A stretch of DNA of 64,000 nucleotides from an uncultured Bacteroidales bacterium (GTDB lineage: Bacteria; Bacteroidota; Bacteroidia; Bacteroidales; UBA10428), in assembly GCA_963808745.1 (NCBI GenBank), contig CAWEGX010000003.1, forward strand, positions 466,197-530,196, written 5' to 3'. How positions within the stretch are numbered: the stretch's first letter is position 1; each line of letters begins with the position of its first letter. A program made the translations under genes and the position numbers. The notes beneath the pieces were generated by a model. It was not told the DNA's origin, made no database searches, and saw nothing but the letters and a program-made list of their open reading frames with translations. Of the stretch, positions 37,912 through 47,858 are shown piece after piece.

Positions 37912-39117
37912 TTATGCCAGATCAGCGTCAAGGGAGGCCTTTTTGATTATTCCTGTTAATTTTCTGTGCCATTCAATATCCCGCCACATACCGATAAACT
38001 GGGGCCCGCAAAAGTTGCTTGTGGCTATATACTTCCATCTTCCCTGTTTTGCTGCCTGGATAGTGCCAAAGGCACAAATCTCCTTTACCCAGCTCCATTC
38101 AAGCATGGGATAATCTTTGTAATCGATAGGCCCCCAGCATTCTGTGGTACCAACCGGCTTTCCGCTTTTCCGGGACCACTCTGCCAGTAGTTCAATGCCT
38201 TTCGATAGTTTTTCCTGGTATTCTTGTTTACCCCTGTAATATTCTTTTTCTCCTGACTTTACAATTTTTCTGAATTGTTCATATCCCCATGGAGTGTATT
38301 CAAAACCCAGCCGCTTATAGAAGTCGGAAAACTGGACGATCCAGCAATGCAATTCCAGCAGGTCAAGAGATGAAACATCTTCCGTAAGGCAATTCTCATA
38401 TTCTGTGGTAAATGAAAATGTGTATTTCAGTTGTGGGTAACGCTCTCGTACAATCCTGATTGAATCCGTCATCCATCGATTTCCTTCAGGAGAGTTTCTG
38501 ATAAAACCATCTTTTAGATAAGGTGTCCAGACAGGGATCGGAAATTCATTATTCAGGTCAACAAATTCTATATATTGCAGGAGTCCTTCAGAAGCTATGC
38601 TATCCAATGCCTTTACCCAAATTGTACCCAGTTCTTCCGGGCTCTTAATCTGCGAAGCGAGGAGCTCACTGTCCTCCCGCCACCATGTAGAAAGAGCTAC
38701 CTGTATATTCCGGGCGGCACATTTCCGGATAAATTCATTCAAATAAGGCTGCACCTGGATCTCATTTAAATCGGGGCTTCCCCAGTCAGCATTGTCCCAG
38801 TGCGGGGAAATCAGCCATTTTTTTTGAGAACTTGCCGCTATCAGGTGTGGAAATGCATCAATCCTTACACAATTATAGCCCCTGTCCAAAAGCTCATCGA
38901 GCGCTTTATCCCAATCTTCATATCCGGCTCCTGTCCATCTGCGCTCGAGCCATGAAAAGTCCCACATCGCTATTGCCATCGGATAATGCAGGTTATTGCC
39001 GGATGGACCGGAATTTCCGGCAGGTTCCTTTTTACCGGAACAATTGGCCAGGGAGGCCCCGGCTGCAGCCGCCATGGATGCCAGGGCAGTTGAATGTAAA
39101 AAGGTACGTCGTTTCAT
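37912..39117 (-). CDS. TAT-exported cellulase-like (beta/alpha)8 glycoside-hydrolase-fold protein
   Basis: 'MKRRTFLHSTALASMAAAAGASLANC' is the leader. 'YPMAIAMWDFSWLERRWTGAGYEDWDKALDELLDRGYNCVRIDAFPH' and 'VDLNNEFP' are also present. Its ATG overlaps the GH78 stop (ATGA). Confidence 0.55.
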   Translation of the reverse strand: MKRRTFLHSTALASMAAAAGASLANCSGKKEPAGNSGPSGNNLHYPMAIAMWDFSWLERRWTGAGYEDWDKALDELLDRGYNCVRIDAFPHLIAASSQKKWLISPHWDNADWGSPDLNEIQVQPYLNEFIRKCAARNIQVALSTWWREDSELLASQIKSPEELGTIWVKALDSIASEGLLQYIEFVDLNNEFPIPVWTPYLKDGFIRNSPEGNRWMTDSIRIVRERYPQLKYTFSFTTEYENCLTEDVSSLDLLELHCWIVQFSDFYKRLGFEYTPWGYEQFRKIVKSGEKEYYRGKQEYQEKLSKGIELLAEWSRKSGKPVGTTECWGPIDYKDYPMLEWSWVKEICAFGTIQAAKQGRWKYIATSNFCGPQFIGMWRDIEWHRKLTGIIKKASLDADLA

Positions 39118-41511
39118 TTATAGGGGTTAAGTTTAACTTCTTGTATTCCTTCATGAAGCATTAAGCGTTGTCCTTGCCATACAAAAACACCCCCGGTCCC
39201 ATCGGGAAGGGTGATTTTTCCCTCCACGGATTTCTGGTTGAAGACAAGATCAAGATCTATACTTCCTGCCGGATGCGGCATAGAGCTTTTAATGGAAGTA
39301 AGATTTCCGGGACAGGGAGCAATTTCCACCGATCGGAATCCCGGGGTCAAGGGGCGAATGCCACAAACCAGGGAAAGAAAATGGTAACATGGACTGGCGC
39401 TCCAGGCATGGCAATCTGAACGGTCTTCATAATCATCTTCGCGAAAGGTCGTGAGTCCTAATTTCAGCATTTCCTCCCAGGGCTGGAGGCGGCTTAGATA
39501 TTCGTTCCCTAATCCGCTTTCACGAAGGGCTTCAAAGAGGTAGAATTTATAATAGGTGGTAGTCTGAATCAGGCTTGTATCTTTAAGGATCCTGGTCATG
39601 AGCAATTGTTTGGAAGGCTCAGGCAACAAATCACAGAGAATGGCAAAAATATTCGTATGCTGTGAGAAAAAGACTTTTTCAGGAGTATCTGAAAACAGTC
39701 CTTTTTGCGAATCAAAGCACTCCCTTGTGACAGCTTTTCCAATTCTGGCATGCAGTTCCCTGTACCTGGCAGCATCTTGCTTTTGCCCAAAATGTTCCAT
39801 AAGGATCTCTGCCCGTTTAAGGGCGTATACATAATTGAGAGTGATCAGGGCAGACGAGCCTGTATCAACGCCGGCAGGAGCCCCTACCTTGAAACCCGGG
39901 GTCCAGTCAGTGAAGTTGAACCATTCCAGGGGGCCCAGCAGATCATTGGCCCCAAGCCTCTGCTCAAACCATTCCAATACACTCCGTATCCCGGGCAGAA
40001 ACTGACGCAGAAACCCGTCATCCCTGCTGTACATGTAATAATCATGAAGCATATCGATCCAATAGAGGGAGAAGGGTGGGGTTATCTGGGGAATGTAGGA
40101 TGGACCACGGGCCAGTGTGAGTCCCTCGGGGATCCTTGATTCATCAGCCAGCTTTAAGGCATTGCGGATGAGACGGTCATCCCCGGTGAGATAAAAAGAG
40201 ATCAGTGCCTGAATGCGGGTATCGCCAAGATATTGCAATTGTTCGTAATAGGGACAATCCATATAGGTTTCATTGGCGCAAAGCCTGGCTGTTGTCCAGC
40301 CGGTATTCCAGATTTGTGTAAGTTTGGGATCTGCTGTATTAAAAGTCGCCTTCAATTCAAACGGATAGGCAGTAAATATTCCCCAAAGGTTATTGATTAC
40401 AAGTGGTTCTCCGGCAGTAATTACTTCCAGCTGCAGGTATCGCCATGTGCGCATCCAAAGGGATGTGAATTCACAACTGTCCTGTCCCCCGGGCATAAAA
40501 ATATCATAGTATCCGATGACATTCTTGCCGGCGGTTTCTGCCCGGTTACCTTTCCGGAGACTCTTATCGTACAGTGATTCGGCATAGGTGATTTTGATCC
40601 GCGAACCCAGGCCACCTGAAACATTCAGCCATGGATAGGCAGTTGTCAGGGTTTGCTGGTCAAATAAAATGACCAGGGTATCATTGGGCTTCACCCGGTA
40701 TGAAAAGGTGGACTTCTCCAGTATCCCTGGCTTGCAATCAGTATGGTTCGATCGCACTACAGACCTGATCCCGAAGGGTGTTTCCTCCATAGCAGGGATA
40801 GTACGCGGAACCAGGTGCCAGGGAACACCATGCATATATCCGCGACCGGTACCCCGAATTACCCTGGAGGCATCACCAGTCATTGTCTTCATATTAGGGC
40901 TCTTCCCATCCCCAGGGAAACCGTTTTCCATCAACACTGTCACAGGGCCCTGCAACAAAATATCCCCTGACCATACCCGAAGTAACTGCAATGGGATTAT
41001 ATGCTTCATTACTGAATACTTTCCAGTCATTCCCGGTATTGATCAAATTGCCATAGGGTGACCGGGCCTGAAGAATAAAGGCAGTCTGGCTTGAAAACTG
41101 TGCCACCGGCCTGTACAAGCCCAGGTTAAAAACCTGGGCGGCAATAAGGTTTTTGCCCTTATGCAGAAAAGGAGCAATATCATATTTTTCATATCGCCAG
41201 AAGGTAGTGCTTCCCCTGGCCGGGCCCATACCTGCCGCCTTCCCATTAATCCAGAGCCGGTATCTGTTGTCGGCAGATACGTAAATAATCAGGCTGTCAG
41301 GTAATTCGGAGATTTCAAAATATTTCCGGAAATGAAAAACGCCATAATCAAGCCGTGAGGCAGCCGGGTGGGTTATCCACCAGGCATCCCAGATATGGCG
41401 TTCGTGGTCCCAATCAGTGTTGATCCGTTGCGATGATTCCTGCGCATTTCCGGCAAACCCTGATAAAAGAAGACAATACAGCGGTATTTTTTTTAAGAAA
41501 GTAATATTCAT
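39114..41511 (-). CDS. GH78 alpha-L-rhamnosidase (~800 aa), one frameshift (40894-41030)
   Basis: The N-domain is 'YVSADNRYRLWINGKAAGMGPARG...YDIAPFLHKGKNLIAAQVFN'. The six-hairpin catalytic part is 'CANETYMDCPYYEQLQYLGDTRIQAL' and 'RSDCHAWSASPCYHFLSLVCGIRP'. The two ORFs overlap by 137 nt in adjacent frames. Confidence 0.75.
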
Positions 41512-43205
41512 TCTGATTTCAGGTCTTCGTATCCGAAATAATCAAAATAAGCCCACTTATCCTGGTAAACCATATCCTGAACACAAATCCCCACCATAGC
41601 ACCGGTGAAACCGTACTTGTTATTTTCATCCGACAATTGCCCCGACCAGAAGGCTTTTCCATATTGTTTCCAATTTACGCCATCAGGTGAATAGGAAAAC
41701 CTGAGGGAGTCCATCTCCAGTTCAGTCCGGAGGTATACTTTTTTCCAATCCCTGATTGAAACCTTGGGAAATGGTTCGGTATTCTGATCAGGACCGTTTT
41801 GATGGGTTATATTGAGACATTTCCCTAACTTATTGTCCCATGAAACCTTCAGATAGATAAAATCACGTGTATCATAAAAGCATGTAAGGCCGGCCATATG
41901 ACGGTAACTTTCCGGTTCAAATTCCACACAGGTTTCTGCCCTGGCGTGCAGGGATGTAAAACGGCGAACCACAAGACTCTGATCATCAAGTTCATTAAAT
42001 GCCTTTCTGCCTCGCATGGAAAGGTATCCCGGACGGCTTGTCAGGGAAAGCCATTCTTCGGTGGCTGGTTGGCGCAAAGTCTGATAGCATGGCAACAGGC
42101 GCGATTCATTAAAGTCATCACGGGCGGTAACCGGGGAATGGGGTTTATGCTTCAGACCAATACGAACCTGGGGCAGGTGATCTCCCGATTGGGAACGGAT
42201 CCATCCGTCCCCGGTCCATTTCATAGGCTGGATGCAGGTTTCGCGCCCCAGCACGGATTTTCTGGCCGGCATGATCGGACGGGAGGCCAGATATGCCATA
42301 TAAAGACTTCCGTCGGGAGTCTCGACCAGCGAAGCATGACCCGCACGCTGCAGGGGATGTGAAGGATTATCCCTGGTAGTAAGCACCGGATTCAGCGGAT
42401 CAATTTCATAGGGGCCATGGATGTTCCGCGAACGGGCAACGGTTACCTGGTGTCCCCAGTCTGTGCCGCCTTCGGCAGTTATCAGGTAATAAAAACCCTT
42501 GTGTTTGTAAATTCTGGGGCCTTCGGTTCCAAAACAGGTGCCCTTGAAAATGATCACCGGTTTGCCTGTCAGCTTAAGTGTTTTCAGATCGAGCTCCTGC
42601 ATGGAGATTCCGCCGGTAATATATGACTGGTAAAAATCAAGCGTCATGTTCAGAAACCATACCTTGCCGTCTTCATCGAAAAACAGGGAAGGATCAAAGC
42701 CTGTAGCGTTTAAAAATACCGGATCTGACCAGGGGCCATGAATATCCTTTGCGCTGATCAGGTAATTCATGCATCCGTTAAAAGGAAACTGACCGGTAAC
42801 CACGGTATATAATACATAATAAATACCATTTGAAAAGTGAATAGAAGGCGCAAATACACCCGATGAATTACCTACACCCCGCAAATTGAGCTGACTTTCC
42901 CTGGTAAGGATATGGCCTGCCTGTTGCCAGTTGACCAAATCGAGGGAGTGATAAACCGGTATTCCGGGAAACCATTCGAAAGATGAGGTGACAATATAAT
43001 AATCCTTGTCAACGCGAATAATACACGGATCAGGATTGAAACCGGGAATTACAGGGTTTGCAAAAGAATCCCTCACAGCCACGTAATCATCCGGTGCCCG
43101 TGACATATCCTGGTCCTGTGCCTGCCTGCAGGAGATATGCAAAAGCAGGACCGGGACCATCCAAAACGCAAAAAATGCGAATCGTGTAAAGTGAGTTCTT
43201 TTCAA
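41508..43205 (-). CDS. GH43 beta-xylosidase/alpha-L-arabinofuranosidase with C-terminal beta-sandwich domain
   Basis: 'FANPVIPGFNPDPCIIRVDKDYYIVTSSFEWFPGIPVYHSLDLVNWQQAGHIL' is the classical XynB-type GH43 N-terminus. 565 aa. There is an ATGA overlap with GH78. Confidence 0.85.
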   Translation of the reverse strand: MKRTHFTRFAFFAFWMVPVLLLHISCRQAQDQDMSRAPDDYVAVRDSFANPVIPGFNPDPCIIRVDKDYYIVTSSFEWFPGIPVYHSLDLVNWQQAGHILTRESQLNLRGVGNSSGVFAPSIHFSNGIYYVLYTVVTGQFPFNGCMNYLISAKDIHGPWSDPVFLNATGFDPSLFFDEDGKVWFLNMTLDFYQSYITGGISMQELDLKTLKLTGKPVIIFKGTCFGTEGPRIYKHKGFYYLITAEGGTDWGHQVTVARSRNIHGPYEIDPLNPVLTTRDNPSHPLQRAGHASLVETPDGSLYMAYLASRPIMPARKSVLGRETCIQPMKWTGDGWIRSQSGDHLPQVRIGLKHKPHSPVTARDDFNESRLLPCYQTLRQPATEEWLSLTSRPGYLSMRGRKAFNELDDQSLVVRRFTSLHARAETCVEFEPESYRHMAGLTCFYDTRDFIYLKVSWDNKLGKCLNITHQNGPDQNTEPFPKVSIRDWKKVYLRTELEMDSLRFSYSPDGVNWKQYGKAFWSGQLSDENNKYGFTGAMVGICVQDMVYQDKWAYFDYFGYEDLKSE

Positions 43206-43209
43206 CGAA

Positions 43210-46200
43210 TTATTGAATTTTTATTAGTTTTTCTACTATAGTGCGTTTTGGCAAAACAAGTTCAAGCATATAGGATCCTGCAGCCAGTTCTTCAACATCT
43301 ATAAACCATAGGTTATCCGCGTCCGGTTGAATGGCTTTTTTCTGTAAGATTATCCGGCCCATGAGATTACGGATGATTACATCGGCCTTTCCCAATGACG
43401 GATCAGGATTAACCATTTTCACAATCAGCCGGTCTTTGACAGGATTAGGATACAACATGATCTCAGGCTGTTTGTGGGTAAGTTCAGGTGATGTTGTTGG
43501 TACAGTGGAAGTAGTAATTATAAATACCGGCTTCTCCTTTACCGTAATTGAAACCGTATTTCTGTTGATGTCTAAATCTCTACTCATTCCTTGTGTTTCA
43601 CCAGCGGTAAGTTCAATCTGTTTTACAGAACCCGGCATGCCGGAAAGATTAAGTTTGTAATCGTCAATCACGGTTCCATTACTTGTAGGTGCCCAAACGG
43701 CATATATCAATGTATCCCGCGAGGTGTTTTCATATTTGTAAATAAGGACATTGCTGTTGTATGAGTTCTGTTCACCGGTAAAATACGTGCCTTTCAAAAC
43801 GTTCCTCATAGTATAGGTATAATACCATGAACTTTTTGGTCGCCAGTCGTTCTTTTCGTTCACCAGCCCGCAGGTCTCGAACTGTGTTTTGCCATCATTG
43901 TCCACATCACGCAGCATATATTGTGCAGCCCTTTCAATCCCTGTGGAAGATAGCAGCAGATATTCACGGATAATCCAGCAGGCCTGAACTTCTTCCCGGT
44001 TGCTGTTGCCAATTGACGGACACGAGAAAGGGGTGTCATTGATACCGCTGTCCCATCCGAATTCAGTGATCCATACTTCAACATCCGGTAAATACTGGTT
44101 GCGGTAATCCACGATGGCCTGCATGGTTTCCCTGATCATGCCCTGTTCCGGACTAACACCTGAAGTATAACGGTGTACATTGATCACGTCATACACAAAC
44201 TTTTTATCTGTGCGATTAAGTAAACACCATTGTCTGATGCCATCCACATAATTCAGGTCAGCCTCTGTTAAGCCACCCAGTACCAGTTTCATTGCCGGGT
44301 CGGCATTTTTAACCCCGAAGGTATTGCCCATCAGGCCCTGGTGTCCATCCCTGTCTGCACTGCCCATTGCTGCGAGCTCATCGGCTGTAAAATGGTTTTC
44401 CACAGGTCCCCACCAGCGGTCCGGTTCATTCCAGTTCTCAAGGTACCGGATTGTACCGAGGCCGGTATGCCTGGGTTGATTTGCAGCCAGTTTGAGAAGA
44501 GTATCTGCCACAGGCCGGCTACCATACCTGGCCGCATACTGGAACATATGGTCGGCATGTTCTTTATAGGATGATGGATCCGTGGTGCTCAATCCGGCTC
44601 TTACAGGCTTTTGATCTGACGGGAAATTATTTGACTCATTCAGCCAGCTTACACTGTTCATAATGCATGGACTTACCGTGATGCCGGCATCAAAAAGGTC
44701 CTGGTAATACTCATCAAAAAACCATGCATTTCCGCCTGCTGCCCGACTTGGATTCCAGGCATTTTTATTATTCGGGAAGGATTCTCCTTCATCCCAGCTC
44801 CAGGGATGGTACTCCCGGATAAATCCTGCCACCTTGATCTTCTCCAGGGGATCATCAATAAAAGCATTGGTGCCAATAAACTGGTCCATTGAGGTTCCTG
44901 AAGAAACCTCAAGGACTGTTGTCTGTGCCTGAACGCCATTTGATAAGGCAGCTGTGTTTTTTTGTTCATCCGTGGTCCTTATCGCAAAATAGTATATTGT
45001 TTGCGGTACCAGACCTATCACAATCATGGATTGCATTTTACCGGCTGTTTCAGGATTTGGCACATTGCTTACAGGCGTGGCAATATCCCATGTTGAATCG
45101 GTTATTGGATTTTTGCTGTATCGGATTTCATAATACAGGGCAGTACCAACCATTCCATCATCTCCGGGGGCTGTCCATGAAATTTCAATTGAGATCGGCC
45201 TGGCCTTCACAACACTCAGATCATTTATTATTGCAGGGGAAATGGTATCTGGCGGAGAAGTAACCGCGACAGCTATGTTCGAAAGAGCCGATCTGTTTGA
45301 TTCTTCATCCCGGGTTTTAATGGCAAAATAATACCTGGTGTTTCCGCTAAGTCCCTTTATAGTTAATTCCTGCGGGGTACCAGCTATTTTCGGAAAGGGT
45401 GTATCATTTACAGGTACGGAAGATGGCCAGTTGGATTCGGTAATGGAATCAGTGTTGTATCTGATTTCGTATGCCCAGGCCAGACCAACGCTGTCGTCAT
45501 CACCCGGAGAGGTCCAGTGAAGAATCGCTTCAATCGCGCTCAATGTCTCAGCTGCTAAATCCTGAACCGGATCCGGAGCTACAGTATCTGGCTGGTTATT
45601 TTCAACCAGGATAAGAGTCCCGAATTTATCGGCACGTTTCATTCCTTCCCCCGTTGGATTGTTCCAGAGAAAGTTGGCATCCGGCATCCATTCTTCAGGA
45701 TTGTTATCCAGGTCGGCTACCTGAAACTCAGCTCCAATGCTTCTTCCGATGATTATAGGGCCAACCGGGGCGGTTCCAACCAGTGTTGACCAGGGCATTC
45801 TTATTTCAATATTATACCCGTTTGAAGTAGCCTTCGAGGCATTAACAACGCCTTCGGAAGGAGGTTGTTCAGGAATCGGTTCATTGTCGAGCCCATATAT
45901 GAAGCGATACTGGTATTTATCATCAGTTGAATTATCGCCGGTTTCCACTCCATTCTTTTCATTCAGCATATCGAGGAAAACCTCGAAGCAATCATGGATC
46001 CAGTATTTTTCAGCTTGATGACCTGAATTCAGGATTATATCATCCGTAACTTCAATTAACAGGTATAAATTCACCGTATCCCATAATCCATACCAGTTTG
46101 CGGTGAGATCTCCGGGACCGTCAGAAGTTCCGTTATAGTTATAATCAATGGAATATGAATTTGCATCATTCCACACATCATCCTTTGTGCCGTCAACTGA

Positions 46201-46305
46201 CGGTGGTTCATTTGCCCGGGTTATATAGCCGATTTTATGATCCTGCGGGAATACCTCGTGCGAAATAAGAATGATCAGGAAGAGGATGCAAACAATATTT
46301 TTCAT
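43210..46305 (-). CDS. Large secreted CBM9-like / 2x Fn3-like / clan GH-A glycoside hydrolase with T9SS C-terminal domain
   Basis: CBM9-like 'VDGTKDDVWNDANSY...NWYGLWDTVNLYLLIEVTDD'. Two 'W..PGDDG..G.A..YEIRY' Fn3-like modules. Clan-A signatures 'IRYLENWNEPD' (acid/base NEP) and 'VEVWITEFGWDS' (nucleophile). CTD 'MLYPNPVKDRLIVKM...SYMLELV'. I cannot assign the GH family. Confidence 0.7.
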   Translation of the reverse strand: MKNIVCILFLIILISHEVFPQDHKIGYITRANEPPSVDGTKDDVWNDANSYSIDYNYNGTSDGPGDLTANWYGLWDTVNLYLLIEVTDDIILNSGHQAEKYWIHDCFEVFLDMLNEKNGVETGDNSTDDKYQYRFIYGLDNEPIPEQPPSEGVVNASKATSNGYNIEIRMPWSTLVGTAPVGPIIIGRSIGAEFQVADLDNNPEEWMPDANFLWNNPTGEGMKRADKFGTLILVENNQPDTVAPDPVQDLAAETLSAIEAILHWTSPGDDDSVGLAWAYEIRYNTDSITESNWPSSVPVNDTPFPKIAGTPQELTIKGLSGNTRYYFAIKTRDEESNRSALSNIAVAVTSPPDTISPAIINDLSVVKARPISIEISWTAPGDDGMVGTALYYEIRYSKNPITDSTWDIATPVSNVPNPETAGKMQSMIVIGLVPQTIYYFAIRTTDEQKNTAALSNGVQAQTTVLEVSSGTSMDQFIGTNAFIDDPLEKIKVAGFIREYHPWSWDEGESFPNNKNAWNPSRAAGGNAWFFDEYYQDLFDAGITVSPCIMNSVSWLNESNNFPSDQKPVRAGLSTTDPSSYKEHADHMFQYAARYGSRPVADTLLKLAANQPRHTGLGTIRYLENWNEPDRWWGPVENHFTADELAAMGSADRDGHQGLMGNTFGVKNADPAMKLVLGGLTEADLNYVDGIRQWCLLNRTDKKFVYDVINVHRYTSGVSPEQGMIRETMQAIVDYRNQYLPDVEVWITEFGWDSGINDTPFSCPSIGNSNREEVQACWIIREYLLLSSTGIERAAQYMLRDVDNDGKTQFETCGLVNEKNDWRPKSSWYYTYTMRNVLKGTYFTGEQNSYNSNVLIYKYENTSRDTLIYAVWAPTSNGTVIDDYKLNLSGMPGSVKQIELTAGETQGMSRDLDINRNTVSITVKEKPVFIITTSTVPTTSPELTHKQPEIMLYPNPVKDRLIVKMVNPDPSLGKADVIIRNLMGRIILQKKAIQPDADNLWFIDVEELAAGSYMLELVLPKRTIVEKLIKIQ

Positions 46306-46319
46306 TCTGTATGGGGAGT

Positions 46320-47840
46320 TTAATAACCAGGGTTCTGCACAAGCACACCTTTGTTTACATTGATCTGGGACTGGGGTATAGCTGCATACAGTCTGTCCGC
46401 ATTTGGAGCATGCACCATCGTCATCAGGGAAACGTAGTCATCTTCACGGCCCCAGCGCAGCAGGTCTATCCATCTGACACCCTCGAACATAAGCTCCAGT
46501 CTTTTTTCATCCTGTACGGCTTTCAGGTTGACCTGATCCAATGTAAGGGCAGGAATACCGGTACAACCGCCGGTACCGGTGTATCTCGCATCATCCTCCC
46601 TGGGCACGTAGGTCGGATCGGCCGCCCTGGCCCGGATTGCATTTAGAATAGATAAAACATCGTCAGCAGATCCAATGGTATAGCCCGATTGAACAATTGC
46701 TTCCGCCTTCATCAACATAATTTCGGCCAGTCTTATAAGAGGAAAGTTCTTATCCCTCGATTCATCACTCTGGCCTTCAATGATGAGACCGGAAGGAACA
46801 TGAAAGTGTTTTACATTTCTGCCGCCATAGCCTGATTCGCCTGTAGACCTGCCAATGGCCCGTACACTGTATTCAAGCCTGACGTCCTTATAAGCACCAC
46901 CAAACTGGTTCATCATGTTTTTCTCAACCATAAAAGGGGGCAGGGGGGCAGTGGGATCTGCATCACAGTACCATCTGTACACTCCCATAAAATCATATTC
47001 AGCTCTTGACTGCCCCTGGCTCTGCCAGATCACTTCAGGATTATCATTTTCTCCTGCAAAAATATCAGTCCATTTAGGGGCGAAAACAAACATATTGCTG
47101 TTCAGGATTTCATTGCATTCCAGATATGCACTGTCCCAATCCTCATTCCACATATGAATGCGGGCCATAAATCCCCTGGCTGCCCATTTACTTCCCCTTC
47201 CGCGAACGTCATGATCCGTAAATGAGGCAAGCCTGTCAGGTAGCAGGTTTTCGGCCATTTTGAAATCGGATTTGGCCTGGTTAAGCACTTCCTCCTGGGA
47301 ACTTTTATTAAGGTAATTATCTTTCGGATTTGAACTGGTGGGAACCTCGAGTACAATGGGCACATCGCGAAATACCATGGCCAGCATATAGTAGGCATAT
47401 CCCCTTAGAAAATAGGCTTCACCCAGGATCTCAGTTTTCCTGCCTGGTCTGAAACTGTTTTCAGGAATTGTCTGAACCTTTTTCAGGAGAAGATTGATAT
47501 TGCATATTCCCACATAGGGCTCGGTATAGGTGCCCAGCATGCCATAAAGTTCCGAAGTGGCCAGGTCACGGTTATCGCCGGCGCCTATTCCCGATTTGGC
47601 ATGGTTGCCAGCAGTTATTTCATCAGCCGAAACAGTTAACCAAAAAATATTCTGCATCATATGTTTCGAAATGATCTTGGCATAAGCGCCTGTCAGGCCG
47701 ATTTCTGCATCCGTTGAAGTTTTGTAAAAATTCTCCAGATCCAGGCTGGCCTTGGGTACTTCATCAAGAAATTCTTTGCTGCATGAAAATCCAAGCATTA
47801 TGATCAGGACTGCAGCTGCAACTAAGGATCGCGTATTCAT
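46320..47840 (-). CDS. susD: SusD/RagB family nutrient-binding outer-membrane lipoprotein
   Basis: Lipobox 'MLGFSC'. 'FYKTSTDAEIGLTGAYA' and 'FLRGYAYYMLAMVF' are SusD-like TPR helices. The gene lies directly downstream of SusC. Confidence 0.85.
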   Translation of the reverse strand: MNTRSLVAAAVLIIMLGFSCSKEFLDEVPKASLDLENFYKTSTDAEIGLTGAYAKIISKHMMQNIFWLTVSADEITAGNHAKSGIGAGDNRDLATSELYGMLGTYTEPYVGICNINLLLKKVQTIPENSFRPGRKTEILGEAYFLRGYAYYMLAMVFRDVPIVLEVPTSSNPKDNYLNKSSQEEVLNQAKSDFKMAENLLPDRLASFTDHDVRGRGSKWAARGFMARIHMWNEDWDSAYLECNEILNSNMFVFAPKWTDIFAGENDNPEVIWQSQGQSRAEYDFMGVYRWYCDADPTAPLPPFMVEKNMMNQFGGAYKDVRLEYSVRAIGRSTGESGYGGRNVKHFHVPSGLIIEGQSDESRDKNFPLIRLAEIMLMKAEAIVQSGYTIGSADDVLSILNAIRARAADPTYVPREDDARYTGTGGCTGIPALTLDQVNLKAVQDEKRLELMFEGVRWIDLLRWGREDDYVSLMTMVHAPNADRLYAAIPQSQINVNKGVLVQNPGY

Positions 47841-47858
47841 AATTGTTGATTTTTCTTA